From: Pseudomonadota bacterium
GTDB lineage: Bacteria; Pseudomonadota; Alphaproteobacteria; Rhizobiales; Xanthobacteraceae
Length of the DNA stretch: 64,000 nucleotides
Direction: 5' to 3'
Assembly (NCBI GenBank): GCA_963204905.1
Contig: CAUJJN010000203.1
Coordinates: 1,585 to 65,584, forward strand
Shown piece after piece: positions 45,152 through 54,478 of this stretch. How positions within the stretch are numbered: position 1 is the first letter of the stretch; every line of letters starts with the position of its first letter. The notes under the pieces were generated by a model. That model was not told the origin of the DNA. It worked only from the letters and a program-made list of their open reading frames with translations, and ran no database searches. The translations under genes and the position numbers were made by a program.

Positions 45152-46185
45152 TTCTTGCCGCCCCCAGCCGGTTCGGAGAGATACTCGTTGGTCGCAACCT
45201 TGGCAGGGGTGACGACCCCCTTGGGCAGATCAGCATATTCGACCAGCGCATCAATCGTCTTCTGCCAGTCGGATGGGTCGGTCACGCCGTACGGCTTGTC
45301 CTTCGTCGCCTGCGTATGCAGCAGCTTGATGGTCTCCAGCCACTGGTCGGTCACGACCGGGCGGCTCAGCTTGGTTTCCTTGGCATATTGAAAGAAGGCA
45401 TCGACACCTTTCTCCGGGTTTTTCACCGCGGCTTCGATGGCTTTCGCCGTCGCCATGGCGAAGCTGCGGACGATCGCCGGATTCTTCGCGGCATAATCGT
45501 CTCCCACGGTGATGCCATTACTGATGGCAGTGATTCCAGCTCCGGCATAAGGTAATGTCACGAGCTTGCACGCACACTTTTCCTGCATCAGCGGAAGCTG
45601 CGTCACCGTATAGCCGAACGAAAAGTCAATCTGCTTCTGCATGAACAAATTGTCGCGCGTCGGCAGATCGACGCTCACCCGCTTGACCGAGCTGGCATCG
45701 AGACCGCTGCCCTTGGCAAAGGCGGCGAAGAGTTGCTCCGGCGCCGAACCGACCCCGAAACCGCCGGTTTTTCCTGCGAGATCCTTCGCGGTAACGATCC
45801 CGCTGTTCGGCATGGCCAGGACGATGGCGGGTGTCGTCTGGAACATGCCGACGATCTGCTTGGCCTTCAGACCTTGCGCGACGAACTTGACGAGCGTTCC
45901 GCCATCCGCAAAGCCAAACTGGTCGGTGCCGGCGGCAACGGTCTGGATGGTATTGGCGGATCCACGTCCAGGCTGAGCGGTGACTTCGAGTCCATGTTTT
46001 TTGTAGATGCCGTCCGTGATCCCTAGCAGAATCGGCACGTGCGAACCATAGAAGAAGGTGTCCATACGCACGGTCACCGCCGTCTGCGCGCTGGCCTCGG
46101 ATGTAATTCCCATTGTCACTGTTGTCGCAAAAAGCACTGTCGCCAGTCGCGCGACTTTGGACATCCCGCTCAATCTTGTCATCAC
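45148..46185 (-). CDS. NitT/TauT-family (NMT1/SsuA-like) ABC transporter substrate-binding protein
   Basis: 345 aa. Signal peptide ..VARLATVLFATTVTMGITSEASAQ. ..VRMDTFFYGSHVPILLGITDGIYKKHGLEV.. is typical of NMT1/SsuA-like binding proteins. GTG start at 46185. Confidence 0.85.
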   Translation of the reverse strand: MMTRLSGMSKVARLATVLFATTVTMGITSEASAQTAVTVRMDTFFYGSHVPILLGITDGIYKKHGLEVTAQPGRGSANTIQTVAAGTDQFGFADGGTLVKFVAQGLKAKQIVGMFQTTPAIVLAMPNSGIVTAKDLAGKTGGFGVGSAPEQLFAAFAKGSGLDASSVKRVSVDLPTRDNLFMQKQIDFSFGYTVTQLPLMQEKCACKLVTLPYAGAGITAISNGITVGDDYAAKNPAIVRSFAMATAKAIEAAVKNPEKGVDAFFQYAKETKLSRPVVTDQWLETIKLLHTQATKDKPYGVTDPSDWQKTIDALVEYADLPKGVVTPAKVATNEYLSEPAGGGKK

Positions 46186-46230
46186 TCCACCTCCTCTTTT
46201 GTCGTCGTTGAAATCATCGTGGCCGAGTAA

Positions 46231-47652
46231 CTAGAGATCAGTCCTTCCCGCCGTCGCGCTTCCACTCTTGAGCGTCGTTGGGCGGTCGTCCCGAACGATT
46301 GCAGATGACGGTTTCCCGCCGGATGATGCGGCGCGGTTCAACGCATCGCGCAGGCTCCGTTTCAGTTCGCGGTAGTAGATCATGCTTTCTTCCTGAAGAC
46401 TGTGCCGCGCGGCCGAACCGTATTCGCGTCGCACCCAGGCATCCTTTCGAGCGATGGCATCTCGCATCTCGTTGACTGCGGGCAGCTTTGCTTGCGCCAT
46501 TTCGATCCCCGCCACCCATTTCGCTTGCTGCTCGCAAGCGAAATTGATCGGTGTATCGATATTGACCATGCCGACGAAGTAGATGCCGTCATGCCCCGGC
46601 GGAACGATTCGATTAAAGAGACTCAATCGTCCATCTTCCGGAACGATGCTTGGCGACAGGAACGGAAATTCGGTGATGAATCCCGTCGCGGCGAACAGCA
46701 CATCGAATTCGTCGCTCTCGCCATCGACGAATGTAATTCTGCGGCCGTCGATCTTGTCGATCCCGTTCTTCACATTGATGCGTTTGAACAGGATATCCTG
46801 AATGACCGTGGAACTGATCGTGGCATGGACCTTATGAGTCAGCGGCCGAAAGCCGCAGTCGGTCATCTTGCCGTGAATGACGCGCACCAGCCCGCGCAGA
46901 AGCGCTCGGCGCAGCTTCGAGGGAATGAAGGGCTTCTGCAGGGCCCGCGAAATATCGTTGAAGCTGATGCCCCGGATCAGATGCGGCGTCACGAACACCG
47001 GCGATCGCGCCACCATCACGACACGCTCGGCCGTCCTGCAAACGTCGCTGCCGATATCGACGGCGCTGTTCCCGGCGCCGACAATGCAGACCTTCTTGCC
47101 GACATAGGGCGCGGGATCGCGATATTCGGCGGAATGAATGTAAGTGCCTTGAAACGCGGCGAGGTCCGGAGAATGAAAAGGCCGGTTGAACGGACCGATC
47201 GCAACAACCACTGCATCAAAGACTTCTTCGGGGCGTCCATCGACCCTTACGGTCCAACCGCTAGTCGCGCCATGCCTCGCAGGCGCGACCTCGGCAACCG
47301 TGTGGCCGAACCGGACCTTGTCAATCAACCCGAAGTGCTCGGCGTAACCCTGAAGGTATCGCGCCATATCGCGATGGTCCGGAACCACCTGCGTATCTTT
47401 CGGAAACGGATAGCCCTCGAATGCCGTCAGACGTTTCGACGTATTGATATGGAGGTTTTTGTAGATAAAGTTGCGGCCGTTGTGATCGGCACCGAGCCAA
47501 GTGCCTCCGACAGCCGAGCCTTGCTCGAATATCGAAACATCCGCACCGGACGAAACAAGGGTCTTTGCGGTCACCAATCCTGCCGGGCCAGCACCAATGA
47601 CGGCGATGCGCCGCCTTCGATCATGCTCGCTCTTGTTCAAAGCCTGGACCAT
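46231..47652 (-). CDS. Class-B flavin-containing monooxygenase (paralogue of 30742..32139)
   Basis: RIAVIGAGPAGL, FQGTYIHSAEYRD (FMO motif), VCIVGAGNSAVD. Roughly 55-60% identical to the other FMO over the first ~110 aligned residues (judged by eye). ATG 47652 (MVQALNKSEH..) is preferred over the ORF-track TTG 47706. Confidence 0.85.
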   Translation of the reverse strand: MVQALNKSEHDRRRRIAVIGAGPAGLVTAKTLVSSGADVSIFEQGSAVGGTWLGADHNGRNFIYKNLHINTSKRLTAFEGYPFPKDTQVVPDHRDMARYLQGYAEHFGLIDKVRFGHTVAEVAPARHGATSGWTVRVDGRPEEVFDAVVVAIGPFNRPFHSPDLAAFQGTYIHSAEYRDPAPYVGKKVCIVGAGNSAVDIGSDVCRTAERVVMVARSPVFVTPHLIRGISFNDISRALQKPFIPSKLRRALLRGLVRVIHGKMTDCGFRPLTHKVHATISSTVIQDILFKRINVKNGIDKIDGRRITFVDGESDEFDVLFAATGFITEFPFLSPSIVPEDGRLSLFNRIVPPGHDGIYFVGMVNIDTPINFACEQQAKWVAGIEMAQAKLPAVNEMRDAIARKDAWVRREYGSAARHSLQEESMIYYRELKRSLRDALNRAASSGGKPSSAIVRDDRPTTLKSGSATAGRTDL

Positions 47653-48241
47653 CAACCCGCCGGAGTAGAACTTCCGGAAGCTTAGGTTGGCAAACTCCCG
47701 GAACAAGTCAGTTTACCGACAGCAATCGTATTGAGATTCTTTATGTAAACCGGCGATCTTTTTGTATCTCCCAACTCCCGCTTCAAGCACAGGTTGAGTT
47801 TCATCTCCATCCGCACCCAACGCCCTGCGCATCCTGCACGATGACTTCACAGGGCCACAGCGCTTCGTGGCAATCAATATCTGCTTCGCGTTCGAGAAAT
47901 GCGGCTGGAATTCAGGCGACCTGGTCGATCCGGTCGACGGCGCCGTCATCTATCGGTTCGATGAACCTCTGGAGATTCACTTTCGCCGAAGCGATTGAAA
48001 GACAGTCAATCTCAAGCAGATGCAGAATTTTGCATCCCGCCCAGCAATGCCCGAGACTCAATCATTATTGACCGGACACACAATCGCCGAAGCCCCGCAG
48101 GTTGATCAGGTGCGCTCAGCCAAACTTCTGCGTCTACGCTCACCGCGCAGGACCGCTCGATGGAGGGTGCCAATTCTGCCGAATTGGTCGACCACTTTCG
48201 TACAGACTTGTCCGCATTGGTGAGCACACAATAAAGTCGGT

Positions 48242-49231
48242 CTAGTCACCCTTTTGCTTCCGCCCCAGCTTATTCGTCTTTTTGGTCTCATGCACATTCA
48301 AAGTCTGCAGCGGCGCATCCGGCGCCACAGGCGCAGTGGAAGGAGCATTCTTTTCATCGATTGTAAGCAGGCTCCGCAAATGAGCCGCAGCATCCAATCC
48401 CTTAATTGCGCCCCGCCACATCTCATTGACTACTTTTTCGTGGAGATTGACTGCCTCGGGCGCTGACGTGATCATCGCGACGCCCAACCGGACATTGGGC
48501 TGCTCGCCCAGCCGAAACGGGCTCAGCGTCAGCATCTTGGTGTCGGCCATCCTGAAAATCTGGAAATGCGTATGCGGGAGTGATTCCGTGACGAGGCCGA
48601 TCTGAACCCCGATCGCCTGCTCCTCGACCACGTTGGCGAAATGCTCCACCTCGGCGCGAGCCAGGGCACGACGTTCCTCGAGAAGGTCACCGGTGATGGA
48701 AGGATTTCCGATAAAGCCGCTCTGTACGAAGCGGCGAATTTCCCGCGCCGAGATCAGATTGAGAATACCCGGCCGGCGGCGACGATACGTGACCTTGCGT
48801 TGCTGGAGAATTTCGAGAATTCTGTCGACCTGTGCCAAGAACTCGTCTCGATCCGGCAAATCCAGCGGCAAACTCTCTTTCAGCACCGTATTGAGAAGAT
48901 CGAGGAAACGATCCGAAGCGAGCAGGAATGAGACCGGACCGGACAGCGCAATGATGTGCTCTGCGGTTTCTTCAAACTGACGCATCCGCTCGAAATAGCT
49001 GACGGCCGACGGCATGTATTCGATGCCAACCCCCAGGAGGGTCGGCATTGAGACACCCAACAGTTCCGAGAGCTTCTCCAGTGTCTCAATTTTGGCAAGC
49101 TCGCCCTTCTCAAAACGGTAGAGCGCCGTCCTGGAGATACCGACCCGTTTCGCGATTTCATCAGCGCTCAACCCGGAGCCGAGACGGAATGCCCGCAGCC
49201 GGTCTGCGATTTCTTTATAGCGGACGGTCAA
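48242..49231 (-). CDS. XRE-family helix-turn-helix transcriptional regulator with an uncharacterised ~250-aa C-terminal domain
   Basis: 329 aa. N-terminal HTH_3-like ..[33 protein letters not shown]... I did not recognise the C-terminal domain. Confidence 0.75.
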   Translation of the reverse strand: MTVRYKEIADRLRAFRLGSGLSADEIAKRVGISRTALYRFEKGELAKIETLEKLSELLGVSMPTLLGVGIEYMPSAVSYFERMRQFEETAEHIIALSGPVSFLLASDRFLDLLNTVLKESLPLDLPDRDEFLAQVDRILEILQQRKVTYRRRRPGILNLISAREIRRFVQSGFIGNPSITGDLLEERRALARAEVEHFANVVEEQAIGVQIGLVTESLPHTHFQIFRMADTKMLTLSPFRLGEQPNVRLGVAMITSAPEAVNLHEKVVNEMWRGAIKGLDAAAHLRSLLTIDEKNAPSTAPVAPDAPLQTLNVHETKKTNKLGRKQKGD

Positions 49232-49426
49232 TTCAGCACCTGTCGATCTGCGACATCCATCGGAAGCTCTCTCGATGCCGCACGCGGGTTGATACCCGTC
49301 CCGCAGGAAACATCCGGAAGTTGCCTCAGACAGCTCCTCCCATCTATGCCAATCCCGTACCGATTTTGGAATAGCAGCCTTTCGAAACTGCCCAATTTTT
49401 GCGACCTACGAGGTCGAAAGTCCGTC

Positions 49427-50413
49427 TTACGGGACAAGGACAATGCGTTCCTTGGATTTGCGATCGCGAATTTCGCCGAGGGCCTGTGCAAAATCGTCGA
49501 GAGGACGAACCGACATCGTCGGCGGCCGAACCGCCCCCTGTTCGTAAAGCGCAAAAATCTGTTCGAAACATTCGCGCATGCGGGCCGGCATTCGCTTGCG
49601 ATAGTCGCTCACCTGCAACCCGCTGACTTCGATATTCTTGACCATGAGATAGTTAACCTTCACGGACGGAATTTCACCAGCTGCAAAGCCGACGACGACC
49701 AGGCGCCCCGACCAGGCCATCGCTCGCAACGCCGCAGTGAAGAATCGATCGCCCAGCGAGTCGATGACAACGTCCGCGCCGCGACCGTCCGTGAGGGCAT
49801 ACACCTGGTCGCGCAGTCCGTCGCGCAGGTTCTCCACCGAAAGGTCGACCACACCATCAGCGCCCGCCGCCGTGACCATATCCGCCTTGCCCATCGAGGA
49901 GACCGCCGCGAGGACGCGTGCGCCGAAAGCCTTGGCCAGTTGAATCGCGGCAAGGCCAACTGCGCCGGTGGCTCCCAATACCAGTACCGTCTCGCCGCTT
50001 TGCAATCTTGCGCGCTCCCGAAGCGCGAACCAGGCGGTATCGAATGCCAATGCCATCGCGGCCGCTTCGGTGAAAGCCATCTTGTCGGGAATGCGATAGC
50101 AGTGGTCAGCCAGTGCGACGGCCTGCTCTGCATAGCCTCCCTGCTCCGCAGTGGTCAGCACGCGGTCACCGACAGCGAACCTCTTGACGTTGTCGCCGAC
50201 CGCGATCACGCGACCAGCCGGAAGCTTGCCCGGTGTGAAGGGGCGCGGCGGCAGGAACTGATAGGTGCCACCGATCACCAGAAGATCGACGAAATTGACG
50301 CCGACCGCCTCAACATCGACGAGAACCTCATCGGGACCCGGCCGCAGGGCCGCAATCTGCTCGATCGACAGACTTTCCGGCGCACCAAATTCGCGCACGA
50401 CCACTGCTCGCAT
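49427..50413 (-). CDS. MDR-superfamily NAD(P)H:quinone oxidoreductase / zinc-type alcohol dehydrogenase-like protein
   Basis: 328 aa. MRAVVVREFGAPESLSIEQIAALRPGPDEVLVDVEAVGVNFVD... Nucleotide fold ..VLVLGATGAVGLAAIQLAK.. Confidence 0.9.
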   Translation of the reverse strand: MRAVVVREFGAPESLSIEQIAALRPGPDEVLVDVEAVGVNFVDLLVIGGTYQFLPPRPFTPGKLPAGRVIAVGDNVKRFAVGDRVLTTAEQGGYAEQAVALADHCYRIPDKMAFTEAAAMALAFDTAWFALRERARLQSGETVLVLGATGAVGLAAIQLAKAFGARVLAAVSSMGKADMVTAAGADGVVDLSVENLRDGLRDQVYALTDGRGADVVIDSLGDRFFTAALRAMAWSGRLVVVGFAAGEIPSVKVNYLMVKNIEVSGLQVSDYRKRMPARMRECFEQIFALYEQGAVRPPTMSVRPLDDFAQALGEIRDRKSKERIVLVP

Positions 50414-50425
50414 GTTGAAGTCCCT

Positions 50426-50884
50426 TCACTCGCTCGCGCGTGTACTGAACGTACCGCGCGCCACTGCCAGAATTTTTCCGCTGGTCCCCGCGATCTCGAC
50501 GTCGGCTCGCCCGATTGATCTGCCGGCGATCAGAATTCGTCCGATCGCTGTGAGATCACCTTCGGGCGCCGCACGCAGATAGTCGATACGCAGATCGATT
50601 GTCGGCACCATCCGCTGAACCTTGACCGCCACCGCGGCATGCGCGGTGAGATCTGCCAGCGCGGCGATGACGCCGCCATGGATAAAGAGACTGTCGCGAC
50701 GCCGTCGGAATTCCGGGCGCGACGGCAGCATAACGGTCACTGCGCCATCGCTCGCGACATCGACAGCTTGGGGACGAAGAAAGTCATGAAATGGCGGATC
50801 AGCCATTTCATCGCGCAGACGCGCGAGCGCAGCGACACGATCGAACGCATTCGGTTCGTGCTTGTCCGCACGTTCCAACGTCAT
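50426..50884 (-). CDS. PaaI/4HBT-type hotdog-fold acyl-CoA thioesterase
   Basis: 152 aa. ..FIHGGVIAALADLTAHAAV.. is the PaaI-family core. ATGA overlap with the ligase stop (50881-50884). Confidence 0.8.
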   Translation of the reverse strand: MTLERADKHEPNAFDRVAALARLRDEMADPPFHDFLRPQAVDVASDGAVTVMLPSRPEFRRRRDSLFIHGGVIAALADLTAHAAVAVKVQRMVPTIDLRIDYLRAAPEGDLTAIGRILIAGRSIGRADVEIAGTSGKILAVARGTFSTRASE

Positions 50885-52548
50885 GCCAGCACCGTATTCC
50901 CACGCGGCACGAACCGAACCGGCACGGGCGTCAGCTTGCCTTCAGCGACCTGAAACGCGATATCGCGTTTGAGAATTTTGCCACTGGCTGTCAGCGGGAT
51001 CGCATTGAGTGGAAGATAGTATTCCGGCATGTCGTAACGCGACAGACCGGAGCGATCGAGATGATCGAGCACGTCGTCGGACGTCAGCGATGAGCCCGGC
51101 TTCAGCATCACCGCGAGACAGACCTTCTCGCCAAGTCGCGGATCGGGCACCGGCAGCGCCGCCGCGCGCGATATCTCCGGGTGTTGCATCGCAAGGTTTT
51201 CGATCCTGGCCGGGTAGATGTTGTGCCCGCCGCGAATGATCAGATCCTTCTTGCGCCCGGTGATCTGCAGGTAGCCATCCTCATCGAGCCGGCCGATATC
51301 TCCGGTCATGAACCAGCCTTCCGCATTGAAGGCTTCGTCATTGGCGAACTGATCGTCGAAGTACCCGATCATCAAACCCGCGCCGCGACCGCCAATCTGA
51401 CCAATCTCACCGACCGCAACCTCGCGGTTGGGATCATCCTGCGAGAAAATCTTCACCTCATATCCGTCGCACGCGCGACCCGATGTCTGCACCACGCGAT
51501 CGGCATTGTCGTCCATCCGCGTATAGTGGTGAGAACCGGCTTCCGTCATGCCGTATCCGCTCTGCGGCATGACGCCTCTTTCGATCAGTTGCGCGATCAC
51601 CTCGCGTGGTGCCGATGCGCCTGAAATCCGGAATCCTCGGACGCGGCCCGGCGAATCCATCTTCCGCGCCTTCATCTCCGTCAGCAGATCCATCGCATGG
51701 GTCGGCACGCCGACGATAAAAGTCGCGCCCACTTCGATGATCCGATCCAGCGTGCTCGCACCGCGCTTCAAATCGTGAACCACCAGTTCGCCGCCGACGG
51801 CAAGCGCCATGATCAGCGAACCTAGGCCCAGATTGTGACTGAGCGGGCTCATCGTGTAGATCACAGAATGCTGTCCGAATTGCCAATCGTTGATCATGGC
51901 CCGGGCATTGGCGAGCAACGTGTTGTCGCTATGCATCACGCCCTTCGGGCGACCCGTCGTGCCGGACGTGAAGGCGAGATAGACAACGATATTGGGATCG
52001 GAGTTGAATTCACCTTCACCCGCGGCACCGGCGGCCGGCAGCGGTAACGCATCCTCGCCGTCGATCGCTCCCAGTTTGAAAATCGCCTTGAGCGTTGACA
52101 CACGATCGAGATCCGCGAAAATATCGCGACGCGCTGCGTCGGCGCCATAGCCGGCTTCACCGATGAAAGCTGCGGCGCGCATACGCTCCATCAGCTCGAT
52201 CACCTCGACCGAGGTATGGTCGCGGTGCAACGACGGGCAACACACGTACCCCCCGTGCGAACAGGCAACAAGAGCGATCGCGACCTCGATCCGGCTGGAG
52301 AGCCAGACGGCTATGCGATGACCGGGCTGAAGCCCCGCAGCCTTGAGTGCGTTCGACAGCGCGACAGCGCGCAACGCAAGCTCACGATAGGTGATTTCAC
52401 TCGAACGGTCGCGAACGGCGATCTTGTCGGGGATAGCAGTCGCGTGATGCCTGACCAGCGAAAAGATGGTGTCGTCCCGCCAGTATCCCGCCGCGTAGTT
52501 TTGCTCGAGCTTCCGCCGCGACAATAGCGTTAACATCACACTGGTCAT
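50881..52548 (-). CDS. AMP-forming acyl-CoA synthetase/ligase
   Basis: 555 aa. FTSGTTGRPKGV; ..GWFMTGDIGRLDEDGYLQITGRKKDLIIRGGHNIYP..; ..LTASGKILKR. ATGA overlap with the CoxG-like stop (52545-52548). Confidence 0.9.
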   Translation of the reverse strand: MTSVMLTLLSRRKLEQNYAAGYWRDDTIFSLVRHHATAIPDKIAVRDRSSEITYRELALRAVALSNALKAAGLQPGHRIAVWLSSRIEVAIALVACSHGGYVCCPSLHRDHTSVEVIELMERMRAAAFIGEAGYGADAARRDIFADLDRVSTLKAIFKLGAIDGEDALPLPAAGAAGEGEFNSDPNIVVYLAFTSGTTGRPKGVMHSDNTLLANARAMINDWQFGQHSVIYTMSPLSHNLGLGSLIMALAVGGELVVHDLKRGASTLDRIIEVGATFIVGVPTHAMDLLTEMKARKMDSPGRVRGFRISGASAPREVIAQLIERGVMPQSGYGMTEAGSHHYTRMDDNADRVVQTSGRACDGYEVKIFSQDDPNREVAVGEIGQIGGRGAGLMIGYFDDQFANDEAFNAEGWFMTGDIGRLDEDGYLQITGRKKDLIIRGGHNIYPARIENLAMQHPEISRAAALPVPDPRLGEKVCLAVMLKPGSSLTSDDVLDHLDRSGLSRYDMPEYYLPLNAIPLTASGKILKRDIAFQVAEGKLTPVPVRFVPRGNTVLA

Positions 52549-53144
52549 GAGCCTCTTTCATCTTCATTCTTGGCGCCGAACGGGCGCTTGACGGACGTCC
52601 ACATCGCACCTGCGACCAGCGAGAACGCTCCGATCGGCTTGGCTCCGACCACCTCCGGCGATGAAGCGGTGTCATCCCCCTGCCCGTCGGCCGATGACGC
52701 GATTTTCTTCTCAAGCGATTTCGCAAACTGATTGATGAGCTGCGCGGCGATGGTCTGAATCATTCCCGCACTGCGACCGTATTGCGCGACCGAGCCCGAC
52801 AGGTTGAGATCGGTATCGATCAGCACCTTGCTGCCGGAACCGTTTGGCTCAAGCCGAAAGCTGGCGGTCGCGCTGGCACCGCCGCGCCCCTTGGAATCCG
52901 TTCCCTGCGCCTTGACGCGCGCGGTATGCGCCGTGTCGTCGCGCTCCTCGAATTTGGCAATACCTGCGAAGGCCAGCACAACCGGCCCCATGCGAACCGC
53001 GACCTTGCCCTTGAAGGTCTCCGGATCGACGACTTCGGTCAATTCGGCCCCCGGCATGCAGGGCGCGATCGCGGGAATGTTCATCAGCATCCGCCACGCA
53101 TCCGCGGGCGGCAACGACACGTTGAAACTGTTTGAAAACTGCAT
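52545..53144 (-). CDS. CoxG-like SRPBCC-fold protein (carbon monoxide dehydrogenase subunit G family)
   Basis: 199 aa. MQFSNSFNVSLPPADAWRMLMNIPAIAPCMPGAELTEV..FKGKVAVRMGPV.. matches the CoxG pattern. It has a low-complexity C-terminal tail. Confidence 0.8.
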   Translation of the reverse strand: MQFSNSFNVSLPPADAWRMLMNIPAIAPCMPGAELTEVVDPETFKGKVAVRMGPVVLAFAGIAKFEERDDTAHTARVKAQGTDSKGRGGASATASFRLEPNGSGSKVLIDTDLNLSGSVAQYGRSAGMIQTIAAQLINQFAKSLEKKIASSADGQGDDTASSPEVVGAKPIGAFSLVAGAMWTSVKRPFGAKNEDERGS

Positions 53145-54478
53145 CAGGAACTCTCGGTGTCAGCGGTTTCGAACTGAGACGGCGGCGTGCAGGTGTTCAG
53201 CACCCACTTCGCCAGTTGAAGAAGTCCGGCATCACCGAAACGCCGCCCCACCATCTGCACGCCGACCGGCAATCCGGACGGCCCGGTCGCCAGCGGCAAG
53301 GTGATGGCGGGGAGATGCAGCATGCTCCAGATTTCCTGAAACGACGCATCGCCGGTGGAGGCGAGCCCGATGGGCGCTTCGCCACAAACCGCCGCGGTCA
53401 AGATCGCGTCGTGAGAGCCAGCGATCTCCGCGATACGACCGCGCCAGCATTCCACCCGCGCCATCGCGGCGAGATAGCTGTCGTAGGAACAGGCTTGGCC
53501 ATCCGTCACGACACGCAGCATCGCGCGGCTGAGCTGCTTCGCATGATGCTGCAGCTCCCACGCCAGCGCCCGGGCACGTTCGTAGCCATTGATGACGACG
53601 CGCGCCTTGCTCAGTTCCGCAAAACCCTCGGGGACCTGCAATTCAACAATGTGAGCGCCGCGATCCCGCAAGCGCCGCACGGTCTGCTGAATGGCAAACA
53701 CGGTTTCGGGCGCCGCGCGATCCCATTGATGACCACGAAACACCGCCAAGCGCGGCTGCGGCTCGTGCAGGTCAGGCGGCGCCGCTCCTGCGCCGGCGAG
53801 CACACGCCAGATCAGCGCGATGTCGTCGACATCACGCGCGATCACCCCGATGGTATCGAAACTCTCGGCGGCAAATTTCAGCCCGGCGCGATTGATGACG
53901 CCGAAACTCGGCTTGAAGCCGACGACACCACAGAACGCTGCAGGCCGGATGATCGAGCCACCGGTTTGTGTCCCGAGCGCAATTGGCACCATACGATCCG
54001 CCACTGCCGCCGCCGAGCCGCTCGACGACCCGCCCGGCGTACGATCCGGCGCGGCCGGATGCGTGGTCGACCCAGGGAAAACACCAGCGAATTCCGCCGT
54101 CACGGTCTTGCCGAGAATCACCGCGCCCGCAGCACGCAACGCCGCGACGCAGGCGGCGTCGGCGAACGGCACATAGCCGTCATAAATCGGAGATCCCATT
54201 CCAGTCGGCGAGCCCGCGACATCGATCACGTCCTTCACGGCTACCGGAATGCCGTGCAACGGGCCGCTGTGAGGTGACGCGTCGCACAGCCGCGCCTGAT
54301 CGATCGCCTTCGCAGGGTTGATGTCCGCCCATGCACGAACCACCGGTTCACGGGTCGCAATCCGCTCCAGACACGACTGAACCAGCACGGAGGGCGACAA
54401 CCTCCCCGCTGAAATCAATCCTGCGGCTTCGGTCGCAGTCAGACAGTTCGGAGCACGCGACGCGTCCGGCTCGATCAT
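53144..54478 (-). CDS. Amidase (amidase-signature family, GatA-like)
   Basis: AS-signature GGSSSGSAAAVA, and ..LHGIPVAVKDVID... ATG 54478 (MIEPDAS..) is preferred because the 42 codons up to the ORF-track start 54604 fall in AT-rich promoter-like DNA. The stop shares 1 nt with the CoxG-like ATG. Confidence 0.85.
   Translation of the reverse strand: MIEPDASRAPNCLTATEAAGLISAGRLSPSVLVQSCLERIATREPVVRAWADINPAKAIDQARLCDASPHSGPLHGIPVAVKDVIDVAGSPTGMGSPIYDGYVPFADAACVAALRAAGAVILGKTVTAEFAGVFPGSTTHPAAPDRTPGGSSSGSAAAVADRMVPIALGTQTGGSIIRPAAFCGVVGFKPSFGVINRAGLKFAAESFDTIGVIARDVDDIALIWRVLAGAGAAPPDLHEPQPRLAVFRGHQWDRAAPETVFAIQQTVRRLRDRGAHIVELQVPEGFAELSKARVVINGYERARALAWELQHHAKQLSRAMLRVVTDGQACSYDSYLAAMARVECWRGRIAEIAGSHDAILTAAVCGEAPIGLASTGDASFQEIWSMLHLPAITLPLATGPSGLPVGVQMVGRRFGDAGLLQLAKWVLNTCTPPSQFETADTESS

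Noticed and set aside
49402-49416. Hairpin CGACCT-ACG-AGGTCG downstream of the oxidoreductase gene, considered as a terminator.
   Set aside because: The stem is only 6 bp. On the minus-strand transcript it is followed by an A-tract, not a U-tract; the T-tract precedes it on the plus strand.
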